Assembly (NCBI GenBank): GCA_002633005.1
Contig: NMRA01000870.1
Span: 1-64,000 of the forward strand
DNA from: Phoronis australis
Taxonomy: Eukaryota; Animalia; Phoronida
Direction of reading: 5' to 3'
DNA: 64,000 nucleotides
In this document: positions 24,801 to 36,900 of the stretch, one piece after another
How positions within the stretch are numbered: position 1 is the first letter of the stretch
How the letters are laid out: each line of letters opens with the position of its first letter
Notes under the pieces: model-generated
Told to the model about the DNA's origin: nothing
The model's database searches: none
The model's input: only the letters and a program-made list of their open reading frames with translations
Program-made: the position numbers and the translations under genes

Positions 24801-27030
24801 TTTTACCAATAGTATAAAGCCTTTCTTCTGAAAGGAAAATTTAATGTCACTCAGCTTTTGGCTTTCATTTCACTGGGTTCTAGTTTCAATGGCCTATAGA
24901 AGCGCTTGTAAAAAAGGTCCAGTTTCAACACGTGGCTTTCTTTCATGTAACCTCATTCAGCCTCAATAACATCCACAATTAGACCCTTGAAGGTAAACAC
25001 AGCAGCATATCACTTGAATCGTTTTGAGCCCAAAATCAGACTCTGAACTAGACCAGAGTGTGACTAGGTCTTCTTTAGCTTCAGTCCCTCATGTTTCTTC
25101 CAGGAAAGGAAATAAGCTATTGTCCACACATGACTCATTGCCTATGAAAGGGCATCCTCACCAACAAGGCTTATTTGTGTAGCAGTCAGATATAGTTCGT
25201 CTGGATACACAGACACTCCACTGGCACATTGTCTTATGGTAACTTAGTACTGCGATTCACATTTCTCCAGGGCCACTGACTTGCACATTGTGCCATGCAG
25301 CACTGCTGGTGTGTGGAAGTGCTGTGGGAAGAGAACGGAGTAACAAAGCTTGTCTATGATACAGCTTGAAGTGGCCTTAAAATCTCACTGAACCTGGAAC
25401 AAATATTGAAATATGAATAATTAAGTACTCCAGATTGGATCAAAAATGTTATCCCTGTTTTTCAAAAATATATGGTGATTGGTCTACAGTTTCACATAAA
25501 AGTAAATAATTACTATTTTCAGAAACCAACGGTGTATATAATGAGTATTGCATAAAACTGTCTTTATTTTTTATCCCTAGCCATAACAATTCTTTAAACG
25601 CATCACTTGTCTGTAAAATATATAAGTTTTTTGAGACAACTTCAAACCTTTGTTACCCATTTTCAAACCTTTTTAATTTTGATACCTTCAGCAATTTTAA
25701 ACTCAGATTACAGGTTCATGGGTCTGTCAAGCACACTTCTAGCCTAAGGTTGAGGGAACCGTTTTCCTTCTAACAGAAGATATGAAGACTCGGGTCATTT
25801 AAAAATGATGGATAATCTTACTGTTCTTTAAGAGTAATTACAAATCGTAAGGCACCATCACAAATGCAATGTTCACAAAAATGGCAGTCATTTGAATTTA
25901 TAACGACTTGCAACATTTCAAGGCATGAGTTAAGACTATTCAGTCACTGTGAATTCGGAAAATGTAATATATTTTCGTGGTTTTACAATTGATACAAGTA
26001 GCAAAACAGTTTAATGAAATCAAGGTTAAGAATTACCTCACCATGCGCTTTTCCCCAAACATGTATTACCTCACATTATTGTTATTTCCACACATTCAGT
26101 TGTACCAAATATTACAACCCCCATGCCAATCCCCCCTCGGGACCTGAATAAGTAATTTAACAAAATGACTTTAAAAATAGCTGTTCCTTTTCAAAGCCTT
26201 TGTTCGTTGTCTCCAATATTGAAAGTAGGCTTTGACAACAGATCTGCACTGGATGGGAAGATCCTGTTGGTTAGCTGCAGTCAAATGCTAAAAAACAATT
26301 TTTGTCCATTCAGGGACGGTGCAGAAGCGATGCATATCTCCTATGCACGGTACATTCCTTCAAACCTAAAAACCAAAGGTTACGTGAAAACTGACATGAC
26401 AGATTTCCATTTCAACGTGTAATAGATTTCCAGAAGACATATGATACTAGGGAGTAAACAAATAGTCTAATGCAATGGATATTTATCACTCACGTACCAT
26501 TTGCCATTGGGATTGGATTGTAATCTTAACTCAAAGTTGACTTGTATCGAGTTGACAGCATACATATCCAGCATTGATTGATGTAACTGTCACTGATAAA
26601 CTTTTAGAAATCATTCCAAACAATAGCAATGCTTTGATGTACGAAAAGATCCCGATTACTACGTCAAGTATCGTATCAGATATCACAACATACAAAGATT
26701 AACCACACTCTGGCTGGCGACTGACTGCCGCGAAGTCGACATCGGCGAGTGCCTCAGTTAACAGGCATCGTTAGAATAATCATGGAAAAATCGTTAAAAT
26801 GATCACAAACCTTACCTTTGTATGAGGTCGTGCTTACTTCCTCACATAGAAGCACCCTTTTTACGCAATCTCAGATTCAGTTGGCACGGCTGCAAGCCAT
26901 TTCACTATGTATTTAAAGGGCTCGCGAAATCGAGGCTGTTAATCTATCACCACTAGTACACGCACGCCCTCTAGTTATTGTAGATTTTCCGAATAGCCCC
27001 ATTAGGTTGTTTTTTGGGTGGCATGCTCCT
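21844..27030 (+). mobile_element. Non-autonomous Kolobok (family K1, copy 2, inverted relative to copy 1), split by a nested ISL2EU element
   Basis: TTAA at 21840-21843 and 27031-27034; TIRs AGGAGAATGTCACCC...GGGTGGCATGCTCCT. 21844-23483 is the reverse complement of ~6510-8210, and the last ~28 bp resume after 27002. Confidence 0.85.
23484..27000 (+). mobile_element. Decayed ISL2EU (PIF/Harbinger-group) DNA transposon: THAP-transposase remnant (+) and convergent SAP/YqaJ exonuclease remnant (-)
   Basis: TIRs GGGGCTATTCGGA...TCCGAATAGCCCC flanked by AT/AT. Plus strand ~23640-23820: CKSSTGGHKFPKDL..SWTIAVNR..VW..RVCS, then exon GKKKQLKPTA at 24470 (THAP). Minus strand 26815-26900: LRKKGASM*GSKHDLIQR (SAP); 24880-25395: PAVLHG...ALEK..GVSVYPDELYLTAT..LVGED (YqaJ-like). 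Confidence 0.75.
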
Positions 27031-27969
27031 TTAATGAAATTAGAATGTGAAGTTTATAGCTGAAAGTGAGCCCGGCTTTGACACATTAAAAATGCCCATC
27101 TTCAAAGAAACACGAGGTGAAATTAAAATTGTTTTATTAAGCCAAGATTAACACATATGAGTCCCTTTCCATCCACAATTCAGCCGAAGAAAACAAGAAG
27201 TGTTACTGGTCTGATACCACGAATCGAATGACACGAGAATTAAATTGAAGCATTTGTCACTGGTTATTAAGCCACACGGGATATGACAAGGTAGCCTTAT
27301 TACCTAAACACCAGCTGATATGAATTTAAATGTTGCGGTCATTTTGTTGTTGCACCACCTGTGACCGGAAATTCCAAAATGAAACGTAAAAAGTTTGTGG
27401 TTAAAGTAATTTTATTTTGAAAAACGACGTTATGTTAAAAGAACATTGTTTTGGAGTACGCATTGGTTAAAATGAGCTTAATTTTGGGTAGCTTATAAGC
27501 TAAAATGTTGCGGAAAAATTACACATCTTAAAATGCTCTTTTAGAAAATTCGACAGTTTTGACTTATCGTTGCATTTATTTTAAATTTTCACATTTTTTT
27601 ATTTTAGGGCTGCCTTCTACAAATCAGTAAAAATGTTAGGGTCAACATCAAGTTTTTCGCTTACAGTCGCCTAAACAGGGGGACACCTAGATTGAAAGTC
27701 TTTTGAAATCGGATTAATTTCATTCCCGATGACAGCTGTATTTTGTAATGACTTGAATTTTATTTCTCGATTGACTGGTTTTCTTACGTCGGCGTAAGTA
27801 AACGTTTATTTTTCAGAATTATAAGTACTTCAAATGTTAGGGTTCTGGCTTCTAAGCAATAACTTAAACTGTTATTTTTTATGTTATGTTATGTTTTCTT
27901 AAAGATTAGTGTATAGCATAATTTCAAGTAAAAGTCTTTCTTTTTTGACAGTTGGCAGAAGAGGTCTTC

Positions 27970-27998
27970 TCAAATGCAGTCAATTACTCCCCTCGTAT
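27970..27998 (-). CDS. SBP3-like gene, last coding exon
   Basis: Acceptor TTTTTTTCAG; encodes (D)TRGVIDCI*. Confidence 0.75.
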
Positions 27999-30900
27999 CT
28001 GAAAAAAACAAAAAAACTACCGGTATTACATTTATTGACAATAATGACTAGGTCACCACCTATTTTAATGGATTAACTGTAGAGCCAAAGTTACGGCTGC
28101 CATGACAAAATGAAATTTCCATTTGAACGCACAACTCCAAAGGAACAAATGAACGAAGTTTCAATTTAGAAAAAAAATGATGGTCACCTGCGTTATGAGT
28201 CGCACTTGCTTCATCACACAGCTTTTTAAAAGCACCGCTGGATACAATCTTCTGAAATCCCTCGTTCCATCGCACGAGAAAGTCCGACGAATCTTTATTT
28301 GACATCATGGCATTCCCTCTTACTGAGCAATGTTTAGACTCGCCCACTCGCTTTACCCTTGCGTTAGAACCAGTTGCGTATTGTTCAAAGACGTCGTCAC
28401 CTACGTAGACAGCTGCAACCTATTTAATAAGAATGGTACGAATTGTGGCAGAGTTATTCACGGGCGGACACGGGGCACGACCATTAAAAATCTGAAACGT
28501 GGCCGGCAAGCCGTTTTCAGGGGTCACGACAATATTTCCCTTCAACAATTGTGGTAGACCCCAGCCCAAGGTTGCCTTCCATCAGGATAGTTTCTAGCAG
28601 TTTTGTGGAGACGACTGTCTTTACGACATTGTCATGATCGCAGAAGCTTTCACTCGCTAGTCTTTTGCGCTACAGAAAGCGCACCCCCGATAACCTTGGA
28701 CTTAAAAATACAATTGCATGAACGCTCTAGTCCAGAGTTCGATTTGTGGACTAAATGTGTTAATATTGCAGAGGACTACACGCGTCATTAACCCTCGTCA
28801 AACGTCTGTTGACCAGCTTCGTATGAAACGATTCCTATGGCTGTGACAGTCACGTTAGTGTGAGAAGCACTGCCATTTATTAGCAGTGGTGTGCACTCGG
28901 TAAAATGGATCAGGTTGTTATTCCGAAGGGATTTTGCTCCGAGGTGCTTTAATTGTACTATGCAAAAATATGTTTTCGAAGTCATAAGGACGCGATCATC
29001 ATCGTAGTGTGATCTTATTCAGCTAAAGAACTATGTCCCCAAGGTGCTTTTCTCTTAGACGCCGTTACTGCAAAATACATTGATTCGAAACTGTAGTCCT
29101 TGTTCTATAATTTCGACGGGCCTATACTGCGAATAGTCTCAACTCCAACATGATGTTGATATTATAAGATAACAATACATTGGACAGCACAAACAACTTC
29201 CAAAAATCCTATACTATGGTATGTCTGGTTGTTAGAGATTTTCAGCGATCTGGTGAATTTATGTCTTGATAATGCCTTTCTGAGCTGGAACCCTCCCCCA
29301 TGCACATCGTTTATAACTGTGAACATCTTTCACAAGGATGACCAATTGAAGGTTGTAAGTACCACAAATGTTTGACTCCATGCAGCGCACAATGTCCGAT
29401 CCTTCACAAACTCACTCAGACTGTACCAATGATGGTGCTGTAAATGTCAATGACATGGCACCAGTCGTGAGTCCCGTAGTCACGAAACCTTGCAAATACA
29501 GAAAATCACGCAAGACTTTGCGAAACATCGTCATGTATATTTAAAGCGAAGCATGTGGTCACACTAGCTACATGTATCCTAGCTAGATTTCTGCGTCTAC
29601 GCAACACAATCCAAGATCGAACTTCTGGTGTAGACACCACTGCACATGCTCAAGTTGATCGTCCAACAAACATGTATAAGCTACAACCTTGGATCGTGAA
29701 CGTTTATGCAGGCGGAATGAATGGATCCCTTAATTTTCAAGCACAAACCAAAAAAAATCTTACACGGGAGGGGGGAAACCTCCTCCCCACCTTCCTTCCG
29801 CTCAGCTCTACTCGCCTCCAGTCGGATTCGCTCGAATTGAACCCCCCCCCCCCCTCCTTACTGAAAATGTAGATCTGCCAATGTTATTGTCAGCGCCAGT
29901 TGGGTAAATCATCTTCAAACACACGCTTTCAGTCAAGGGTTATCAAATAAGTGATTGGCGGAATATCCCATGGTATATTTCGGTTAAAAGTCAAATACCA
30001 AAAACACATGTAGGCATACGCCCTCGGTGTACATCTTGGCAGCGCCTACAGGTTGTTGTGGTTACGGCAATCACGCTTTGGGCGTACATGTATCTCCGAT
30101 CGAAATTCTATCACTTAATATAATGAAACGCATTTTCGTGAACATAATTCAATCAAGATACATAACGAAACTCTAACAATTAACGGCATATGACTAAGAA
30201 AGTGTGTACCACGACTGACAGCCCAAGATAAATACCTCAATGGAATCATTATGTTTCTAATAGCAACGTGTCTGGCAGTAATTCGAAGCACATGAATAAT
30301 CGTTTTCAGTAATTTGGATATGTAGAAAGATGAACGGCCTCACATTATTCTACAAATTACTGACCAGCTGGAAAATACGTACAAACCAAAGTCTGTCATA
30401 GAGGTGATAGGGCCCTAAAGACTAGCTATCAAAGTATTATGAGTAAATACTGCTTGAGATTATGATAATCCCTCTGCATGCGCGCAGCACACAGCCTTTA
30501 ACATGGGGGGGCTCGAATCTCTGACAAAGTGGACCTTTTGCTAACAAAAAAGCGGGAAGACTAAAAAAACGGGGTACCACCTTGAGGTCTGTGAACTGTG
30601 CGTCTGCACCTTTTTAGTGAACTTTCGTTTTCTCGGACTTCTTGTTTCTCTGAGGCGAACCTTTTTACCCACTGCGCCAAATGGGGGGCTCCTTCTAGCC
30701 CCCCAAGCTCCCCTGGGTGCGCGCATGCTCTGGGACAACGCTTCAAGAAACTGGTGAGACTGGAAAACATTATTTATTTACCAAAATGTTTTAAAGTTCC
30801 CCTGTCGATCGTGGGTTCACTGGACCGGCTCTACCCAGCCTTGACCATGACGATGAAAACACTGTCATTCAAGGGACGCTTCTTTGTTAAATGCAATTAT

Positions 30901-33900
30901 TCTATAGTTAGCACAATGCAGAAAAGACAGTTCACGCGCCGGGACCTTTTTATCCACTCGAAATCGAATTCAAAGTTATTTTGGTATACTTCGGTGTAAA
31001 CTCAAGATAACTGTCTATTATTCTGGGCTTGAATAAATTATGGTTTATACAAAGGCATTCGATGACACCTCGAGAGTTCGTCACTGGACTTTCGCTGTTA
31101 ACTACTGCACAAAATGCACAGTATTTTTATTCACTTCAACTACAGCCGCGCACATTGCTTTCACCGGCATTAATGACCTAGAGTGACTAGAGTTAACTAT
31201 CCTAAAATTTAATACCCAGTTTTGGCGGTTTTACTAATCCAACGTAGGCGGGGTCGTATTCCGCCGATCAGAATTGATATACAGTACTACGACTGCTAAC
31301 TGAGTGAACAAAGACGACACTGACAAATCACCGTTAGTAACTAAGTCAGTTAATTACGGTCAGTAGTTACCTCGAAGGCATTAGCTTCGGTTTAACAGCA
31401 ACGATACTCGAATTCTTTTCTAGTGCAATAGACTTACTTTTCCCTGAACCAAAGCGTCAAGCAAGTCCGACGTAGTCTTGTAACGTATAATGTTATTCTC
31501 TGGCAGTAATTGGCTGTACTGCCGATAGAGGCACTTCTCGTCGTAAGCCCAACCATCACCGAAACCTGTGAATAGAGATCCGGTGACCATGTAATGTATA
31601 TGTATGTATATGTATGTATATCTATATGTATATATACATAGGCGCCTTGAAGTTCCTCGGTTACTTTTTTAATTTTAAATTCTCCCTGCTAATCTCAGTG
31701 ACACAGCAAACCATGATATGCCCTATGACGTAGTTCGTACATTTTTAAAAATACGCAGATAGCATTCACATCCCACGGAAAATCTGAAGCTACATGTACC
31801 GACATGCTACGGGTGATACACGTCGGACATGTTCCTCTGTAGCTTGGCACCTCGGTTTATCAAAGATCGCACTCCCAGTCGTAGCTAAGTCCGTAGTAGT
31901 CAGTTAGATTGCATTGCATACAATAGTTTATGAACATACAATGTAGAACTCTAACCCTGAAATGCCAACTTTGATCTCGCTGAAGTTACGCCGTGCACGC
32001 GTGAGAGTTGTCTGCATTCGTTGATTCTGGGGTGAGTACTTGCTCTGGAATTTTCTGTTACTAAAATTTTTCGCAACTCTGTCGTTTTTCAACCGCATTG
32101 CATAAGACCCATATCATTAAAAAGCCAGTTCTTGATGATTGTGCCAGAAGTAAAAAATAAACTTTATAATTCATAGGTAATTATAATTTCGCATACCTGA
32201 CTGCTTTAAAAACATTTTTTATTTCTAAAAACCATGTGTGTTAACGAAATGCGAAAAACAACAACTTGTTATAGTAACATGAAAAAGAAGATAAACAGAG
32301 AGGTTATGTAAATGATTAGGTAAATAATTTCAATGATTCAAAGGATTTCTACCCTATAAAGACACCTGGGTTTTAAAATATGAACCCTCGCTCTTGCTGT
32401 GAATAATTTAGTCAGGCATTTATCTTTATAGGTTATAAATATGCGGATCTTTAATGGCGTTTGATGCAATGACATTCTTCAATAACATTCAGAACGCAGT
32501 GACATTTACGAAAAATGCGATAAACTACTCAAACTATCTATCCGAAATTTGCAGATAAAGTTTTTCTGATTGATAAAAAAATTTGTCACGTATATGTAGC
32601 TTTGAAATGTATTGCGGTTAACTCATCACCTTGCTTGCAGTGTAGGACTTTCCATTAATGTTTAGAAATAAACTCTCTTCTTCATAAAGTAAAAGTTTGT
32701 GATCCTGACACATGTACACGTAATGTATGTAACCGTGAACAAGAGACTTTAAAACACATTTTTACGATTGTTATGTTACTAAAGAAACTGGACTTCGGAA
32801 ATAAAATATTCATAAACAGAGACAGCGATATTTTTAACACACCATGTACAGTTGCCACGGTCAATATTCAAGAACGAAAAAAACGAAACAACTGGATTGA
32901 AAAGCTAGACTTCTTGATAAAAAGCGAGACATCTGGGTCTACGCCCAAGCGTAAGAATGAAATGCTCACTGCTACAATCAAAGACGTACTGACAGCGTTT
33001 TTTGTCGCACGGGAGATGCAACACCCAAAACTGCCCGACGGCGTTTCTTGTTGTTGTTGCTGTTGTTTTTCATAGTTGAATATGAAGTTGCGGTTGTCAC
33101 AAAAACGAATCGTTTTTATTTTCTTTTTTGTCGAGCAAAAATATCGCTATAGTGCGTAGGAAATTACAATAGTGTATGAAAATACGTTAAATTTGCCATG
33201 TGTCAAAATCGGGACGTTTAGACGGTGTGGCAGGATGGCGGAAAAATCAAAAAACTGGACCGTCCGCCAAGAGTGGAGCAATTGGCAAATACACTGTAAA
33301 CTGTCAGTAACATGACTGGGTTCTTTTACAAGGTAAACTTTCATTTTTTAATTTTTATTTCACGGGTATAGGTAAATACTATAGAAAACAGTAGGCCTAC
33401 TTCTCAAGAATCGAATTCACAAAAAAAACGGCATCTGGGCTACTGTTAAACCTTGCACAAAAGTTACGTAAACGCACCTGTTTTTAGAGCCTAAACTTTT
33501 CATTTATGCTAAATGCAACTTCATTCCGTAATTGCTGCAACACGGTTTTAACACCCATAAATGCCTTGTTGAAAGGCTCCTGGCATGTAGTATGATACGT
33601 TGTCGCAACGGGCTCTACGACTGGAGCTGAAAAGATATCATAGGCCAAACTACTCCCAGCATCCAACCCATGACTACAGGTCTGTGCTCGTAAAGAATGA
33701 CCAGTGTAACTGTCGGATTTGTTGACTATTTTTTCCAGGAAATCGCTGATTGTACGGAACAGTACCTGAAGAGTCTCGCTTGATGAAGAATAATAACAAA
33801 ATGATAACTACATCTCTCGATCAAAACTCAGTTGAGCAGACAGCCGGAAATTCTCAATGCAAACTCATTTCGCGGCTAGTCTTGGGGTGGCAAGCTCTAA

Positions 33901-36900
33901 TAATGGAATACGCTGGTCATATGCAGGACTTGGCATTTCAGGGCTAGAGTTCTACGGTCACATTCAGGGTCGCATATTGCGCAGCGAAGCATCCCTGCGC
34001 GTGCGACCATCGCAGATAGACACTTCTCCATCACCATATAATACAGTAACGATTGCAATTTCAAAAAAAAAATATCTTAAAACAGAGAGACAGTCACTAT
34101 TTTTGGTGTAGCTCATTGGACTTCGCCAATATCTAGATCAGATTTCTGACTTGTTTGTATGGGAACGAGCTGCCGAAAATCGATCACTGGCACCTAACGA
34201 AAAAAGCGGTTCTGCCGGGTATGAAACGAACCTGAAGCGATTCTTAACTCAACCATATTGTCATGTACGCTGACTATCGTTTCAGAGGTGAAAGTCGATC
34301 TGCCAAAAATCATAGCGTGTCAAGTTTTTCTTAAAAAACTTCATAAATGATAACTACTAAGAATTGGCGTAACAAAATGAGAGAACACGCAAAAATTTTA
34401 TTGACATTTATAGGCACTTGACCATGCCCTTCACCTGCAATCGGTGGTTACATGTATGTTTGTGCCCATTGGCGAAAAACTTGAGCAATTTTTTCTTTTC
34501 CTTGAAAAAATGCATTGCTTCGGATGTACACATGGGGAAGTATGGAACTAAGTAAACGTATTTGCTTGTTGCATTACGAAAAGCACAAAACACACTTCAG
34601 TCTTTTAGTGAAATACAGTGTTTTCGGAACAGCAAATCAGTTCTCCTACCTATCGTCTGCACGTCAACATGACATTATCCATTGTCAAATCTAGGATGTC
34701 GGACGGGGGTACAAGCACAGACTTTGAAGGAAACCGCCCATGTGGTCCCTCATATCCGTATACCGACGGCGCTATATTTCAACCGCGTCCTTAATCCCCC
34801 AGCCCTAAATTCGCTACATGAAAATATGGATGACAATGATTGCTGTGGTAAGTAAACATTAGTTTTGCCTAGCTTCAGTTGCAGTATACGTTACCAATTT
34901 TGAAATCCTTGAACTTAGTTGGGTCGAAAATGTTGTCGCCGGGCTTCGTGTAGAAACTCGATTGCTTTGGCTTCAGGTAACTCTCGGAGAACGAGAAAAT
35001 CGACAACCGTGCTGTGGTGACCAGCCACCCTGCGCACCCGTCATACCACATGTTCATCAACCCTTGCCCGCCGCGAGTGTGCTGTCCGGCAGCGGACACC
35101 ATACAATTCTGGTACGGTTCCCAAACTGTGCGGCAGTCCATCCCAGCAGCGGAGCAAACTATAACAAAGTGATAGTAAGAAACCGAGTGATTAGCATACT
35201 GCAATGAAGTTACTCAGCTAAAGTACGGGACCTGTTTCAAGAACAATGTATTTTTTATCATCATCATTTATTTAATATAGTGACATAAGGGTGCCAGTAA
35301 ATTCATAATCTCAAATACAGAATATTCACCACACACCCCAGGATACTTCTAAAACCCCTTGTACCACCTCGACTCCCACACATGGGCGGCGCAGCAATGA
35401 AAAAGGTAGGGGGTTAAAGCCCCCTCAGCCCCCCTGTGGTGCACCGCCTATAGAACATGTGCAGCGTAGCACTGAAAAAAGTGGGGGCTATAGCCTCTCC
35501 CCCAGCCCCCTATGGAGCGCCGCCCATGGCCACAAACTTCGACCCACGATGGCCTCGACACACAACCCCTCCATCCCACGACCCCCTAACCCGCGACCTG
35601 TGGTAATAGAGGCGATTTTTTACATTTTGCATAATCTTATTACGATGCTGAGTGACNNNNNNGATCCCCCCCCCCCCCCCCCTTAAGACCTACCTACACA
35701 CGAGTCTGCTCTGGCTCAAGTCTGGTGATTAAAAACAGAAAGTGGCGTGATAACGTAATCTGAATTAGCGCATTGTAAGCGTGCTAACGTTACGGAAATA
35801 ATTTCACGAGCGGCTACTAATGGCCCAGTTCTACTAAACTTATGGAGAGGGTACGTTAACGTAAATGTACATAATTTTACATTTTTATTATTTGGCTTCT
35901 GTTGTATACTCGTTTTCAATATGCTCTATATAACGTTGAAATACTTTTTAGTACGCAGTTTGTTTTTTCAAACTATGACGGACCTCTGAGACACCGGCAG
36001 GCATAAATACTCTTCTACACAATAGTCGTTCTTAACAGATACATGTATATGCGCAGTTTAGGATTCTAAGCGATTATGTTTAAACAGTTTAACTCTTCAA
36101 ACTGGAAAATGAATGCTTTAAAGCTTTTGAGAGACACAATTTTTTTCTTCCTGAAATTTTCTAAGAAAATCGCATTTCTCCACAATTTTAGATATTGTTT
36201 CAAGTCCCATTAAAAGACATTGTTTGCAGTTATTTTTTTCATCCATTAGAATTTAACGATTCCAAAGCCTTAGCGTACTTTCATGTTGCTTGTAGAATGA
36301 ATTTGGCCACCCCTCGTCACCATAATATACTGCACTTGCAGCATACACGTACAGAGATTTTTTTTTTTTTCTGAACTGCCGTCAAGTACACTGACATAAA
36401 TGATCGATTTTCTTGGCTAACTGATATAGGAGCTTTCAAAATATGCACGACAGTGGTATATTGCCCGGTTCCTCACTCCAACAAATGTACGTATTGTGTA
36501 TGACGGTTCCTGGTTTTTAAAATCACGTCCTAAACATGCATGTTTATATGATTTTGTACTATCTTTACAGTTTGCGTTCAATAAGCGAAGACTTTTTGTC
36601 GGCAAATTCAAGTTAATGCATTGAAGTCTCTTTAGCCCACAACCGAAAACCTCGAAGACCAATCGCTTCAGTGGCTGCCATTGATGAGGACAGGCTAGTT
36701 AGCTCCACGAGTTTATTCGCGTAACACTCGCGTGACCTTCCAAGATCTAGCAACTCATGGGGGTCGTGGGTCGAGCGGGTCGAAAGGGTCGTAGGTCGAG
36801 GGAGTCGTGGGGTGTGGGTGTCGAGGGAGGTTTAGGGCACACCTTTGCGTAATCCACTCAAGGAACCTCACATAGGCAGTTCAGCCGTCTAGAGCATTTG

